Both the position numbers and the translations under genes were made by a program. Source: Tetramitus jugosus (taxonomy: Eukaryota > Protista > Heterolobosea). From it: a stretch of DNA of 64,000 nucleotides. The first letter of the stretch is position 1. Every line of letters begins with the position of its first letter. Shown one piece after another: positions 11,707 through 24,800 of the stretch. The stretch lies in NCBI GenBank assembly GCA_937625935.1, contig OW569392.1, positions 1 to 64,000 of the forward strand, in the 5' to 3' direction. The notes under the pieces are model-generated. The model ran no database searches, had not been told where the DNA came from, and saw only the letters and a program-made list of their open reading frames with translations.

Positions 11707-12232
11707 AATTGAGTTTGGTTGTGGTTTCTTCGTCCAAACAGGCAGCAATGAGCTTGTCCTTCCATCCTTTGACCTCAGCATTCTTTTTCTCTATCGCAAT
11801 TCTTACAAAGTTTAGTTGAACAAGTGTTCGCCAAAAAGTAGTATCTTTTGCAAATTTTTGTTTCTGAGAGCCTGTTCATAATTAACAGACTTCAGATCAG
11901 AATCAGGATCGCATGGTGGTGTTTTCCAATTCATCACTCTCAAATATGGCGGGTCACTCCTGAAGATTTTTTTCGCAAAAACTGAAAGAACAATAACCAA
12001 AAAGAGTTTTTTAGAAAATTTCTCCGCTCACACCAAGCCAACCTACCAACAAGGACTGGCCACCCAAACAAGGTTCAAAAAACCAATGTTTCACTGACAT
12101 CATTGAACCACATGGCCAAAAAAACCAATGTACATTCAAACATGGTGTTTAATCTACGAATGCCATCTAAACTATTGAGTACACGCTTAAGACTCATAAT
12201 CACACGGCTGCAAAAAAAGAGAAACTTGTATT

Positions 12233-12500
12233 ATGCCTGCGATGCCAATTGTGTCTTCATCATACGAAGCAAAACTGGTCCTCAAGAAATGGTGCTTGAG
12301 CAACGGAGCTACTTGGGAGTTCACGACACTACCAAAGCTTTCCACACACAGTTTTGATTTCACAGCCTTATACACGAACCTCAGGCATGACGTGATCATC
12401 AACAACATGAATTACATGTTCGAAATGATGAACCAGTTGGACCAATGACTTGGAACAAGTCAGAAGTTGAAGCAATATGTTCAACCTCTCGAACTGTTTG
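12233..12500 (+). pseudogene. ARID/BRIGHT-like DNA-binding domain remnant
   Basis: LKKWCLSNG...LPKL...FDFTALYTNL ... KLKQYVQPLELFE resembles the ARID consensus; interrupted by a stop. Confidence 0.4.
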
Positions 12501-12649
12501 AGTGTGAGTGTATGCTGACATCAGTCTTTCTTTTATTTGCCACCTGCACTTTTTGATCCCCAATATTTGGTTCCACAAAGTTTCCTTAAGCAATCGGAGT
12601 GTAGCTACGGAGTCCTCATCGCAATCCAAGAGTCCAGTAGTATCTTCCT

Positions 12650-14620
12650 TCCTGAAAGCACAAGTCCTCCAAAATCGGTCAGAGCCAACGTGAGTGTTGG
12701 TTCACTCAAAAAACGTAAGGGATATGTCAAAACTTCATCTGAAATATCCAGGAAGTTGGTTTTCATTTTGCTTGTGATGGGAATTGGGAGAAATTGTAGT
12801 AAATGATATTATCTGGCACAAGTATTTCCCCAAACAAAACTTTGACATCGCACATTCGTCCAGAGAGTATCACCGATGACCAGCGACTAGCCGATGGATT
12901 CCACCACTGAACATAACAATGACATGCCGAATGGAAATGGTGGTAGCACACTGTGGTTAATAATGTCCTTTTCGCTTTTTCCACATACATACCACATGCA
13001 ACAAACACACATCCAACATGAGTCCCATTGTCATGTTGATGCTCCTGAAGTTAATAAAAGTATTAACATGTTCCACACACTTGTTCTGATTTAGTGACTT
13101 CGAAGAACAGCTTATGTTTATTCGACACCACCATTTCAAACCGGCAACAAGTACTGGATCACCCAAAAAAGAGTCATAATGATGCGGGTCTCTTTTTTAA
13201 AAAAGAGACATATAGTTTTTGTGCTTGTCATTAGGGAACTTGATAAACCTTCAAATCTTGTTGTTGACCAATTCAATCAGCATTCTGATCCTGAAAAGCT
13301 GGTGGATTATTCTTCCGGATGAAAAAACAAAAAAACATGAGCAGCGTTGATGTAATAGCAATTCTAACTCAATCCAATCACACATCAGTGTTATCTATCC
13401 CATAATCACAACAGCCTTCAGATGTTTCTGAAAGCTCAAGTCTTCCAAAATCTGTCAGAGCCAACGCGAGTGTTGGTTCACTCAAAAAACGTAAGGGATA
13501 TGTCAAAACTTCATCTGAAATATCCAGGAAGTTGATTGTTTTCATTTTGCTTGTGATGGGAATTGGGAGAAATTGTAGTAAATGATATTATCTGGCACAA
13601 GTATTTCCCCAAACAAAACTTTGACATCGCACATTCGTCCAGAGAGTATCACCGATGACCAGCGACTAGCCGATGGATTCCACGACTGAATATAACAACG
13701 AAATGCCGAATGGAAATGGTGGTAGCACACTGTGGTTAATAATGTCCTTTTCGCTTTTTCCACATATACATACCACATGCAACAAACACATATCCAACAA
13801 GGGTCCCATTGTCATGTCCACTATTGCTCCTGAAGTTTTTAATAAAATTATTCACACTTTCTCTGATTTGGTGACTTCGAAAAACAGCTGATGTTTATGC
13901 GACATTAGATTTCAAACCGGCAACAATAAAATAGACATTCTGAAATCCGGGATCACCGAAAGTAAATCCTTGTCCTCCAGCTTCACATCTTAAACAGTTC
14001 GTTCTTGCGAGCACATGTGGCGTCCAATAAATGCCCCATATAGTTAGTCGAAAATGCAACGAATATTCGAACAGCATTGTCTGAATAAAATGACAATTCT
14101 TGTCTGATCTCTAGTATTTCGTTTCTTGGCTGTTGGCTTATCAATTGGATGAATTGCACCATCAACTGGGCAACTGGAACTCAAAGATGATGAGATATCG
14201 CTGACTTGCTTGAATTGTGAGTACCGAGGGTACTGGATCACCCAATAAAGAGCCATAATGATGTGAGTCTCTTTTTTAAAAAAGAGACAAATAGTTTTTG
14301 TGCTTGTTATTAGGGAGCTTGATAAACCTTCAAATTGTTGACCAATCAATCAGTATTCTGATCCTGAAAAGCTGGTGGACTAATTTATAAACCACCCTCT
14401 CAAACTACTTCACCACGACCCTCTTCTTCATCATCACCTTCACAACGCCTTAAGATGTTCTTGAAAACACAAGTCCTCCAAAATTTGTCAGAGCCAACGC
14501 GAGTGTCGGTTCACTCAAAAACGTAAGGTTTTTGTCAAAATTTTATCTGAAATATCCAGGAAGTTGAAAGTTGATTGGTTTTTATTTTGCGTGTGATGGG
14601 AATTGGGAGAAATTGTGGAA
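12650..14620 (+). repeat. Degenerate tandem array: units ~12650-13425, ~13426-14456 (with ~300-bp extra), partial unit from ~14457
   Basis: ccaaaat..gtcagagccaacg..gttcactcaaaaaacgtaagg occurs three times; 13151-13306 matches ~14230-14378; duplicated ORFs in the track (12763/13542). Confidence 0.9.
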
Positions 14621-16695
14621 AATGAATGATGTTAAAGCCACTATCATGCAGTTGGAAAATCACGACTAGATAAGTCATTATTATCTTCCGTCGGAAGATA
14701 TGAAAACGAAACTCCGCAATCATGTGTTATCGAAAACCCCAAAGAAAAAGAAAAACTAAAAGCAAAGAACAAGAGCTGGTACTAACAAACGCAAACAAAT
14801 CATTGAACATATATTGATGATGATGAATATGTGTCAGATGATGTTGTTGAGAATGAATCTGCTCCATTGAATGAATCAGAGAGTTTGATCGAATGGAAAG
14901 TCGAGATTTGGAGTCTCAAGTCGGATTCAATGACCTTCAAAGTGCATCCGATTTCAGAGGCTTCAGAGAAAACGAGCAGAGCAAAGTTCAGGAAGAGGAA
15001 AGAGGGGAGAATAAGGACGAACTCAGAACAGCAGTGATGGCATCGTGCATGATCTACCTGGATTCCAAAAAGAAAATCATTAATAGAAGTTTCCATTTCA
15101 AGTATCGTTTAATTTATTTGTTGCTCGCACGACCACAAAACGCACCATTGAATCGAACTCTTGTGAGAAAAAGGCGGCCATTTCGCTCATTGATCGATCA
15201 GGTGGCAACTGTGGTCTTCTTGTATCGAACCAATCAGCCCGCACACAAACACGACTTTCAGAACACCAGCTCTTCATCCAACAATGATGGTTTTCCAAAA
15301 AACGTTCCCTCGGGTCTGTACCTGGACAAGATTGATCCCATTGAGTTTACCCTGTTGTGGTACCAGGATGGTTTGGCCAATCAGGTCACGATAGAATCGA
15401 TCCTCAAAATACAGGTCGTAAAATTTACATGAGGTACCACCTCCATTTTGTATTTGTTAATTATTTGTTTTGTTTTTGTTTGAAGTGACCCTGAATCATT
15501 CTCTCATCACTCACAAGAAACAGGTTCGATTTCACCTTCAATCCAACGAGGTACATATTGTGTCCAAGCCAAAGAAATCAAACCTGTTTCCACAAACAGC
15601 TGAATAATCACTGGTGTGAAGAAATGGGCAATGCTCACCAAAACTTGCAAGAAAAAAGAAAAAGAACATTGCTCTGATACGAAAAGGGTGGCAAAAAACT
15701 GGCACTTATTAATAAAATTTTTACTCGTAAACACTTGTTTCATATGGTTCAATGTAGCCTCTGTGATTGAGAAACTGAATGGTCCTGATTTTGAGCAACT
15801 CAAAGCCATACCAATTGGCTCTGTACTCGAAATCGTGGAGTGTCGTGTATTCTTCATCTTCGATACGAGTAAAGGGCTTTTGATGCACGACCTGAATGTC
15901 AATCTCTCTCAAGTTGGTGCGACGAAGCATTGTCAGAACCAACTTGGTTCTGATTCATGAATGTGCGACTCTTTGACGAATGGAGCAATCTTGGTCAGTA
16001 GCCATTCACCTTCAGCCCTTGGATAATTCATGCCTTTGAGTACAGAGCCCCGTGCATTACAGTAGCGACTCTTGAAACGATAGTTGGTTGGGTCGGCGGT
16101 TCCAACGGACAGAGCAAGGGAACAGTCCAGCACAGTGGAACCAGTCTGTCTCAACTCTAGCAACTTGTCAATCAACGAACAGGGTACCATTCATCCAATG
16201 TTCACAATCGTTTTTGCATCAAACAGCTATTGAGGAATGTTGAGCATCAATGCCTCTCTCATTCGATTCATTTGAGTAAAGACACCCCTGGCTTCATTTT
16301 CCTTGTGCCACTTGTTGTACTGCACCATGCGATGAATGAGCTAGTTCCTTTTCAGTCTCGTCTTGTGTGCAATAGAGACGATAGAGCAGGATCCGCCATG
16401 CCCAGTGATCCCACAAGTCATCAAACTTTGGTTGATGTTGAACACCCTTCATGTTGATGGTGGATGAAATGAGTGTTTACAGAGTACATTTTCAATTTTG
16501 TTATCAATAAATTTTTATAGTTGAGAGGTTGTATGTTGAATTGGAACAGCACTGTCTTGCTAGAGATTTTTACTTGCAAGTTTTTTATGTTTGAACTCAC
16601 GATGGATCCCGGTCACAGTTGGTGGTGGATGTTGCAGGAATTGTGGTGTATTTGACATCATAAATAAGGGATAGTGAACACAATAGGTGTATATA

Positions 16696-17955
16696 TTATG
16701 TTATGATTCTACGTCTGGAGCATTGTACTCTTGATTCATATTGTGGATCATTCACACACGTGAAAAATTCTTTTCCTCTACTAGTAATATTACCAATCAA
16801 TGCATCACCCAAATATTGATCAAATGTGCCCATCAATTGTCCCTTTTGTTCAGCTTGTGCAAATATGGTTTCATGATTCTTTTGAGAAGCATAGGCAATA
16901 ATGGGAGTATTCATTGACCCAATAGCACTAATGGAATAATAAGATGGTTCTGTATACTGTCTATACCATACCATCTTCCTCTCCTTGATACAGAACATGG
17001 AAGCACCCTTCTCAGAAGTGAGATACAAGTGATTTTCATCAATACTCTGTTTCATTTGTATACTCCTGGTATTATCTCCAGTAGTACTACCAGATATGGA
17101 ATACCATTTGACAAATTTACCATTGGATGCATCTACTACGATAATACCTACACCATAATATGAGCTCAATAGATTCATTCCTGCTAGATAGATATGTGAT
17201 TTATCAGGGGAGAGGAATCCCTTGGAGCTCATGATCAGATATTCTTCAGGTAGTGCATCATTAGTGAATTTGAAGTTCCCTGTTTTCACATTGATCTTGG
17301 CGATACGATTCGATGCAAATACCCATACCCACATATCTTGATCATCAAATACCAATGCGTTCAAATTGGCGTAGACAAAAGTGTACTTCCACTTGAGTCT
17401 CACTTCCAAGCGATTTGGTGAGGAAGATTCATCAATCTTGAATGCAGCAACAGTGTTACGATGAGCTGGATCTTCGGGAGTACTCACTACAGCCATCAAC
17501 ACTAGTCCATTATTATTATCCATTGAGATAGAATGAGTCAAGTATCCTTGACTAGTAAATTCAGGAATGGTATAATCCGATACTACACCAGTCTCTAAAT
17601 CCATGTGATGCAATACAAAGTTTGGTAATATATTGTATGTGTGACTGTACCACATGGACCCTTTGGTGGTGGCGGGGAAAGTAACAGATTGAGTGTTACA
17701 GATTTTATTAGGAATCTTGAACTCTCTCCTGACAGTACCACTTGTGCCATTAAAGGCCACCAAATGATAATCTGTGACTACATAGAATAGATTCTCTCTG
17801 GCATCATAATGAGTTTTAGGACTGTTGTTGAAGGCCAAGATCTTGTACTTGTCCTCCCAAATTTTTTCAATGGTGAATCCATGTGTCATACACATGAGGC
17901 ATGCTACTACGACTAGTAGCAGTAACAAGATGGCTATAATTGTTGGCTTTGACAT
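16696..17955 (-). CDS. Secreted protein, probable beta-propeller (PQQ/quinoprotein-like repeats)
   Basis: Hydrophobic signal peptide; repeated LVAFNGTSG / IAKINVKTG / VVDASNGK...W motifs; 419 aa. Confidence 0.65.
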   Translation of the reverse strand: MSKPTIIAILLLLLVVVACLMCMTHGFTIEKIWEDKYKILAFNNSPKTHYDARENLFYVVTDYHLVAFNGTSGTVRREFKIPNKICNTQSVTFPATTKGSMWYSHTYNILPNFVLHHMDLETGVVSDYTIPEFTSQGYLTHSISMDNNNGLVLMAVVSTPEDPAHRNTVAAFKIDESSSPNRLEVRLKWKYTFVYANLNALVFDDQDMWVWVFASNRIAKINVKTGNFKFTNDALPEEYLIMSSKGFLSPDKSHIYLAGMNLLSSYYGVGIIVVDASNGKFVKWYSISGSTTGDNTRSIQMKQSIDENHLYLTSEKGASMFCIKERKMVWYRQYTEPSYYSISAIGSMNTPIIAYASQKNHETIFAQAEQKGQLMGTFDQYLGDALIGNITSRGKEFFTCVNDPQYESRVQCSRRRIIT

Positions 17956-18707
17956 GAAAACACAGTGTGTTTTGTGTGTGTATTAGTTTGTTTGTTAAGG
18001 GTACTTTTTTGTTTTGTAGTAGAACCAAACCAAGAGGCCCATAAAGGTTTTCATTTGTCCGATGGTCCATGAGAGTAATGGAGCTCTCTAAACTAGCAAT
18101 TGACTCTACGAAGTGTAAATGAACGAATGACCATATGGATGGTTTTTTGTAATTTCTTCTTCATTCGTTCTCAAATCTCTCAAATATGTGCTGCTGTTGC
18201 TCCAGCTGTCCATCAACTTTTCACCAACAAAACAATGACCTCATAAGTGCAAATCATCATCTGGAATGAAAATTATAAGTTGTTTTTTTGACATTAGATA
18301 TGTAATGCGTAAGGACATTATATTTACAGAAGATACATTCATTGAACAATAACCAGCACAACATGGGACTCCCCATTTGGTTTCAACAAGTGTTGGGTTT
18401 CCACATTGACAACAACGACCATTTTCTTCTCACTTCTCATCAGTCTTAGTAGGTATGGCTTGAAGCTCAGAGTTTTGGCAGGTTGATCATTGGTTGAAGT
18501 GTATGTCTTCTTCCTCCCTCCTCCTCTTGTTTCCCCGTTCTTTCAAGTTCCAATCAAGTATTGAACAATGAGTTCCAACTCCAAGCATTAACGTTGCTCG
18601 CTGTATGCCTGACAGTCATTGGGAGATTAGTTTTAATATCCTATCCTTTGTACAACATTGTTCATCTCAACTGCTGGACGGCTCACTGCTGGCTTTTCTG
18701 GCGAAGA

Positions 18708-20080
18708 TCAGAGCCACATTGAAGCAACAACACAGACAACGGACAAAACAGCAATCAACAAAGTATTGATCTTGACCGTGCTACTGTTGTTGGCTTTGGT
18801 AGTTTCAACGTCATGAAGCTTTAGAACACTTGTGGTAGTCACAGTGGCTCTACGTAAATCAATATTGACTACCATTTTGACAGATCTAGCAAGTGTGGTA
18901 TCAGTGAAATTGGAGAAGAGAAGGAATCCACATGTCAATGGGGTTTGCAATGACTTTCTGCTCACTGTGATCATGTTGTTCAAAACCAGGTCCAGAGCAT
19001 ATGATCTTTGCATCAATTTTTGCGTCACAGTTAGACCAGTGGAGCCAAGGACCAGATGCGTCTTCTCAACAATATTGTTTCTACCAAGAATTGCACTTTG
19101 ACAACCATTTCCGTTCACTCCATAAACTGGCAATGCCTTTGGAGAACGAACACAGCAAAAACATCCTTCAACAAAGGTGAAATCGAAGTTTGTTGGCAAG
19201 GTAGGTGTTCCATCCAAATTGTTTCCAGCTGTAACCAGCACTGGTTGTAAAACTGTCTGCATTTGTCAAACACACATCTCTCAGGTTAGGTGCGTTGTCA
19301 ATTCTGTCCAGTACTGTTTGATAAGAGTTCTTTGGAACTGTGACATCAATGGTAAGAACGTCATTGGCATATGAAGCAGCGAAAATTGGATCTGAACCAC
19401 CATACTTTGAGTCCCAACCTGGGCAATAGCCATTAGCATAGAAACCTGCAATAGTTGGAACATCAATTTCGACCACAGAGTTGCTCCAGACGGAAACTTC
19501 ATCAATGTCCGCAAAAGTACTTCCAAAAAGGTGACCAGTTGCATCAATGGCGAATGTTCTCTGTAGTGCATCACCATCAACAATGAGCAAACCATCAGTA
19601 GTTGGCTTTCCATTGATGAAAATGGAAACTCCTTCGACTGGTACCAGAGGACTAGAGGCTCTCACAACGACAATATTGTTCCAATTCTCGTGGAACACTG
19701 TGTCTGTCGAGAGGGCATACGTGGTAGTAAAAGTGGTTGTTTCATTGACTGCAGAAATGTAACTGACAACCAAATTGATGTTGGGGGTTGCAGAGACCAA
19801 TTGAACAGTGATGCTACGAGTTCCAGCATCTGCCTTGAAAGTAGCCACTGACACTGTTGGATTGGTTGTCCAGTCATGTGCAGCTCCGACCTTTGCAAAG
19901 AAGATGGTATTGATTCCGTCATCATCTACAAACAAAGATCCAAAGTCCAAGACCAGAGCTCCTTGTGAGTGGAAGTAATTGCCAATCTTACCACCAGCAG
20001 AGATGCTAGCAGCTGGAACAGTTGTAGTACTCGTTCCAGCTTCATAGAAGGCATCGCCAGAAAAGTATCCACCAATACAC
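18708..20080 (-). pseudogene. Frameshifted surface protein (LamG/ConA-like beta domain, C-terminal hydrophobic anchor)
   Basis: WNNIVVV...SIFING...DIDEVSVWS LamG-like motifs in 19168-19950; continues in another frame to a hydrophobic C-terminus; no upstream ATG. Confidence 0.55.
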
Positions 20081-20796
20081 TGTTATGTTAGTTTGTTGTT
20101 ATTGCCGATTCAAAACCATCCCTTTAGATAATCGATTTTGTATCACACGAGATGCGGATGACAGCTGTCAGTGTCCTTGAATGAAGGAATTGTTCTCCAC
20201 AGCTTGGTGTTTTCCCCAAGTGGGGAATCTCTTTTCTTCATTCTTCGTCCCCATTCACCTTTGACCACTCCTTCAAAGTTCTCTGGGAATGTTTGGATCA
20301 AAAGTTTAGCAAGATCTGATGGGAGAGGGATGACAATGAGACAATGAATCGGAAGCATTCTCTGACTCACTTCTCTTGGCTAACAAAAGATTTGGGATAA
20401 ACCCATAATTCACCAATTTTATGGAGTTTTCTCTCAAATTTGTTGCCGAACACTATGGCTGACTTAATTTCGAGCGTTGCACTGTAATATTTTCGCCACA
20501 CAAAAATTTTGGATTGCGCATCAACACGGCAAGGTTTTTTGGTGTTAAAACCGACGATTCTGTGCGTAGTAACTCAAAAAAAAGAGATGACAATGAATGA
20601 CCACCAGCGTTACCGTTGGTCAGCAATCAACAAACAAACAAAGCATGCCACGTGTGAGACAAGCACCAGCTTATTTGGCTGATTATGAGTTATCAATGGA
20701 CTTCAGAAGACGTGAACACAGAAGTGGTACAGTGTCTGAAGGAAGAGTGCATACGTCAATGCCCATGAAGGAAGACTGAGCAAATCGAGGAAGGCA

Positions 20797-21309
20797 ATGA
20801 TCCAGGACAATGTGTTGCAGGCAATTAGAAAGCGTATGACTGCAAAGAAACCAATTAGAGAGTTTAAACGGTTTAGCACGGTTAATTGTCTGGAGCGATC
20901 AGAGTACAATACAGTTGTAAGAGGTACATTGGAGTATTCGTTTGGAAAACAGAAGCCTAGAAATATTGATCAGAACTCCATCCGTGCCATCATGTCTCAG
21001 AAAAAGTTTAAGGATGTATTTGGAGATGAAGCGACAAGATCCATTGCGAGAACTGGCACGAAGTGCTCTTTAACATATCCAGTGATCCTGATGTATAACC
21101 ACAAGGAAAAGTCAATGTATGTTCAAATGAAATATGAGACAAGAGACCGCAATGGAAAGGAAATTGATCAGTATGTGATTGGATCTGCTGAGGAAAAGAG
21201 GGCTATAGCTGCGATGCTAAAGGGCAATACAACACCAGTTGTTCCTGTACTCGTCGATTGTCTAGTGAGTAGAAGAATATCAGATCAGTATGAATATATG
21301 CCTGTATAA
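20797..21309 (+). CDS. Hypothetical basic protein (possibly a frameshifted continuation of 20597-20779)
   Basis: 170-aa ORF, no recognised motif. Confidence 0.4.
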   Translation: MIQDNVLQAIRKRMTAKKPIREFKRFSTVNCLERSEYNTVVRGTLEYSFGKQKPRNIDQNSIRAIMSQKKFKDVFGDEATRSIARTGTKCSLTYPVILMYNHKEKSMYVQMKYETRDRNGKEIDQYVIGSAEEKRAIAAMLKGNTTPVVPVLVDCLVSRRISDQYEYMPV

Positions 21310-21867
21310 TAGACATTACGTTTAACTGGATCATTTCATTAAACTGATTCGATTAGATCTATACTTATGAAAATACCAGTGCACTCCAAATACTTTCCAA
21401 CTACTCTACTATGTGGTTATTGTTGTTATCTGGGTTCGCCTTGGTCCAGATCGCTTCATGCGCTTGGCAAATGGAGGTGACGGGAATTCGTCGTCTTTTT
21501 TTCGGTTTTAAAACCAACCCGTGATCTGATGTGGTTGGTATAGGGGATTTGATAGCACTCGTGGCAATCATCGCCTGTACCCAATATTGGTCCGCAAACC
21601 TCTTTTTGAAGCTATCCTTTGGCAGCTGTCAAGATTGACCATATTCAAGTAGAGGACAACATTCTCTGTCCAATAAATCATGGAAGTAGCATGGAAGGGC
21701 AAACTCATGAAACCGCACTTTTTGGCGCCAAAACTATCGCTAATCTCTCCAACAAAGAATTTGCAGCATCACATTACAGCTCGGAGGATTGGTTAAGAGA
21801 GGTACGGAATTTGACACACAAGTTCTCTTCAAGAAGAAGATGTTGATGACCCACCTACGGCATCGAA

Positions 21868-24800
21868 TTGGCACAAGAACAAGAAGCCAACAAACAACAC
21901 TACACCATGCATCAAGATAGGTTTATTGTAACAGGAGATGTCGAAGCACCTCGGCATTATCTTCCTCAAGACATTGGCACAGAAGTTGCTCATCAAATGA
22001 TTGGCAAGGCAGAGAAGAAAGTACCATTCTTTGTGATTGATGGCAGTGGAAGAGATGGTGAAGATGGAAGGCAAGGGAGGCAAGGCAGAAGAGGTGAAAA
22101 TGGAGCTGATGGAGCAAATGGTCCAAATGGCTCTCGTCCTGGAGACGATGGAAAAAATGGCAAGGACGGCAAGGATGGCCAACATGGTGGAAGAGGATCA
22201 GATGGCAAGAATGGTAGAGAAGGTGGCAATGCCATCAGAAACATGTATTTGAATTTGTCCATGAACTCTCCTCAACAATTGTCCTTCACTGGAAGTTACA
22301 ATGGAACAATGGAAACGAGTTATATGAGGCCAGATAGTTGCATTTTGTTGAATGCAAAGGGAGGTAAAGGAGGAAATGGGGGACATGGAGGAGATGGTGG
22401 AGATGGTGGAAGAGGAGGTAGTGGTGGTAGTGGTGGATGGGGAAAGAGAGGACCGAATGGAAGAAGACCTGGAGAGGATGGTGGAGACGGTGGAAATGGT
22501 GGAGACGGAGGTGACGGTGGAAATGGAGGTAATGGAGGTGACGGTGGTAATGGTGGTGATGGAGGTAATGGTGGTCAAGGAGGAAGAATCATTGTTGAGA
22601 CGACACAACCCGAATTGTTGATGTTTACAGAGTGTGACATTCGCGGAGGGAGAGCAGGTGCGAGAGGTGATAGTGGCGGAGGAGGGTGTTCAGGATTTTC
22701 TGGCTCTGGTGGAAGCAGTGGAAGTGGAGGCAGTGGAGGCAGTGCTGGACCATACAAATCTGAAATCCCGAGTGGTTCGAGTGGAAGATCCGGTAGCAGT
22801 GGAAGCAGTGGAAACTCTGGTAAAACAGGAAGTAGTGGATATCATGGAGAATGTGGTCGCGGTGGTGTTCCAGGTGAGGATGGATCTATTTGGTATGTGA
22901 TCCTTGATCCAGTCACAATGCAACCTCTGGAACAATCTTGTTCAAAGTTCAACTGCTCTGTTTCTTCATACATGGTCAAAGGAGTGATAGACGACAACGT
23001 GTTTGAACCTGGAGAAAGAATTGTGATCAATGCAGTGGAAGTGATAAACAATGGCGGAATGACTCTTCCAGCTGGAGCATTGCTTCAATTCAACTCGACT
23101 GAAACCTTCATTTCAGAAAATATTGGTTATTATCTGCCAGCCATCAGACCAAATGAAACGATTGTTGTTCCAGCAAGTTTCTTTGGCGCTCTTCTGGATG
23201 TTCCAGAAGCCACACATGCTCGCCAACTTCATGAAACAGCCAAAGTCATTTCAACAAGCCAACTTGTGGGTTGCAACTTTGTGGACAGCACGATTGAAAC
23301 AACTCTGAATGTTCAATATCCCATTCAAATTTCAGTCATGAATGGAAATGAACAGATGATCCATGGACAGCGATCGATATTTCAAGTTCAGATCAAAAAC
23401 ATCTCTAGTCTTCCTTATGGTAACAAGTCTAGAAATGGAGATGTATCATGGAAAATCAATACAGACAGAAGATTAATTGTCACTGGATCAAAAAAAGTTG
23501 GTCCAATCAAAGGAAAGCTTAACATGCTCGCACCTGGTGAATCATTTATTTACAACATGGAAGTGACCGTGGATCCAAATGTTGAATTATTTGAAGCATT
23601 GCCATGGAGTGTTGAACTCCTCTTCAGAAACAAGCGTATTGAAATTGCTGAAAAGAGTACCAGAATTACGCCAAGCTATGTTCCAGTTGATTCTTCGAAT
23701 CAATATTTGTTTGATGTGTTATTTGTTTCAAACAAACACATTGCCAAACAAGAAGCCAGACTTTACATGAGAATATTCGAGGGATTGGGACTTAGAACCA
23801 ATTTTTGGGACTGTGAGCAATACAATGGCTTCAGCATTGATCAGTCCACAGGTTATGTTCATCCAGTGTCTTGGAAGAATGCATTTAATGGTAAACTCAT
23901 TGTAATGCCTCTTTCCCGTCCTGATGAATTGATGCAACTGCTGACACCGAATGATTTCATGAGTTTTTTCATTGGAGAGAACTTTGAATCACCGTCTTTA
24001 CTTGACAGCGGTCTTGTCGTGATTGGAGCCGAAGCATCCCTATTTCTCCCACAGTTGTATGAATCTATACCAAAGAAGCAAATTGACCCCCACTACTTGT
24101 CCAGGGACTTATTGTTGAGCTCACCGTCTCCTGCGTCATTTGCGAAAATAATAGATTTGTATATTACCCAGAAGGCGAAGCAAGATACTGCAGCTATTTT
24201 CTCTCTGGCTGACTTCAATTACAATCCTGTGTTGTTGGAAAGCCTATTCATACCAAGATGGCAACTTGGAACTGCCACCATTAAGGAAATTCCAGTTGAT
24301 TGCACCCACAAGTTTTTTAACGTTCCCAAACACGATTCTCATGATGTGTTTTTATCAATGGATAATTTCAATGCACATGAGATGAACCAATTCCCACTAA
24401 TATCCAGGTTTGGAGCCGCATTATATGCTGTGATTTGCTCACTGAGCATTCCCGCCAAACTTAAGCTCATTCATTCTGGAGGAGGGGCTGCAAAGACGGA
24501 GAACTGGACTTTCACTGGTATCAACAGGGAAGTCTTCTCCGTTTCAGATCTTGTTGCTTATGCACTTTACAAGGATCTTCAAATTCAACTGTTTCATGGA
24601 TTTATCAAGAGACAGACTCGAATTGAAACGCTCATCTCCCAACTGAGTTCCAATCCTGAATATTTGACTCCCGAAATGGCCACCATTGTGATCAATGTGC
24701 TTTATCGACTGAAAAAGGATACCCGAGTTGAATCGGTCAACATCTTCAGCAACATGTTTCATGCAGTGCAACACTTTAAAAAAAAGAGGAGCACACTGGA

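Noticed and set aside
14800-16460. Several 60-180-aa ORFs on both strands
   Set aside because: No recognisable motif; probably decayed coding sequence that cannot be assigned
21844-21849. Genome-wide TGA reassignment
   Set aside because: Several intact genes (e.g. the cyclase and the kinase) terminate at TGA and long ORFs need no TGA readthrough
21829-22935. Antisense and alternate-frame ORFs over the Gly-rich region (likewise 37451-37949 over the Ser/Asp tract)
   Set aside because: Shadows of low-complexity coding repeats
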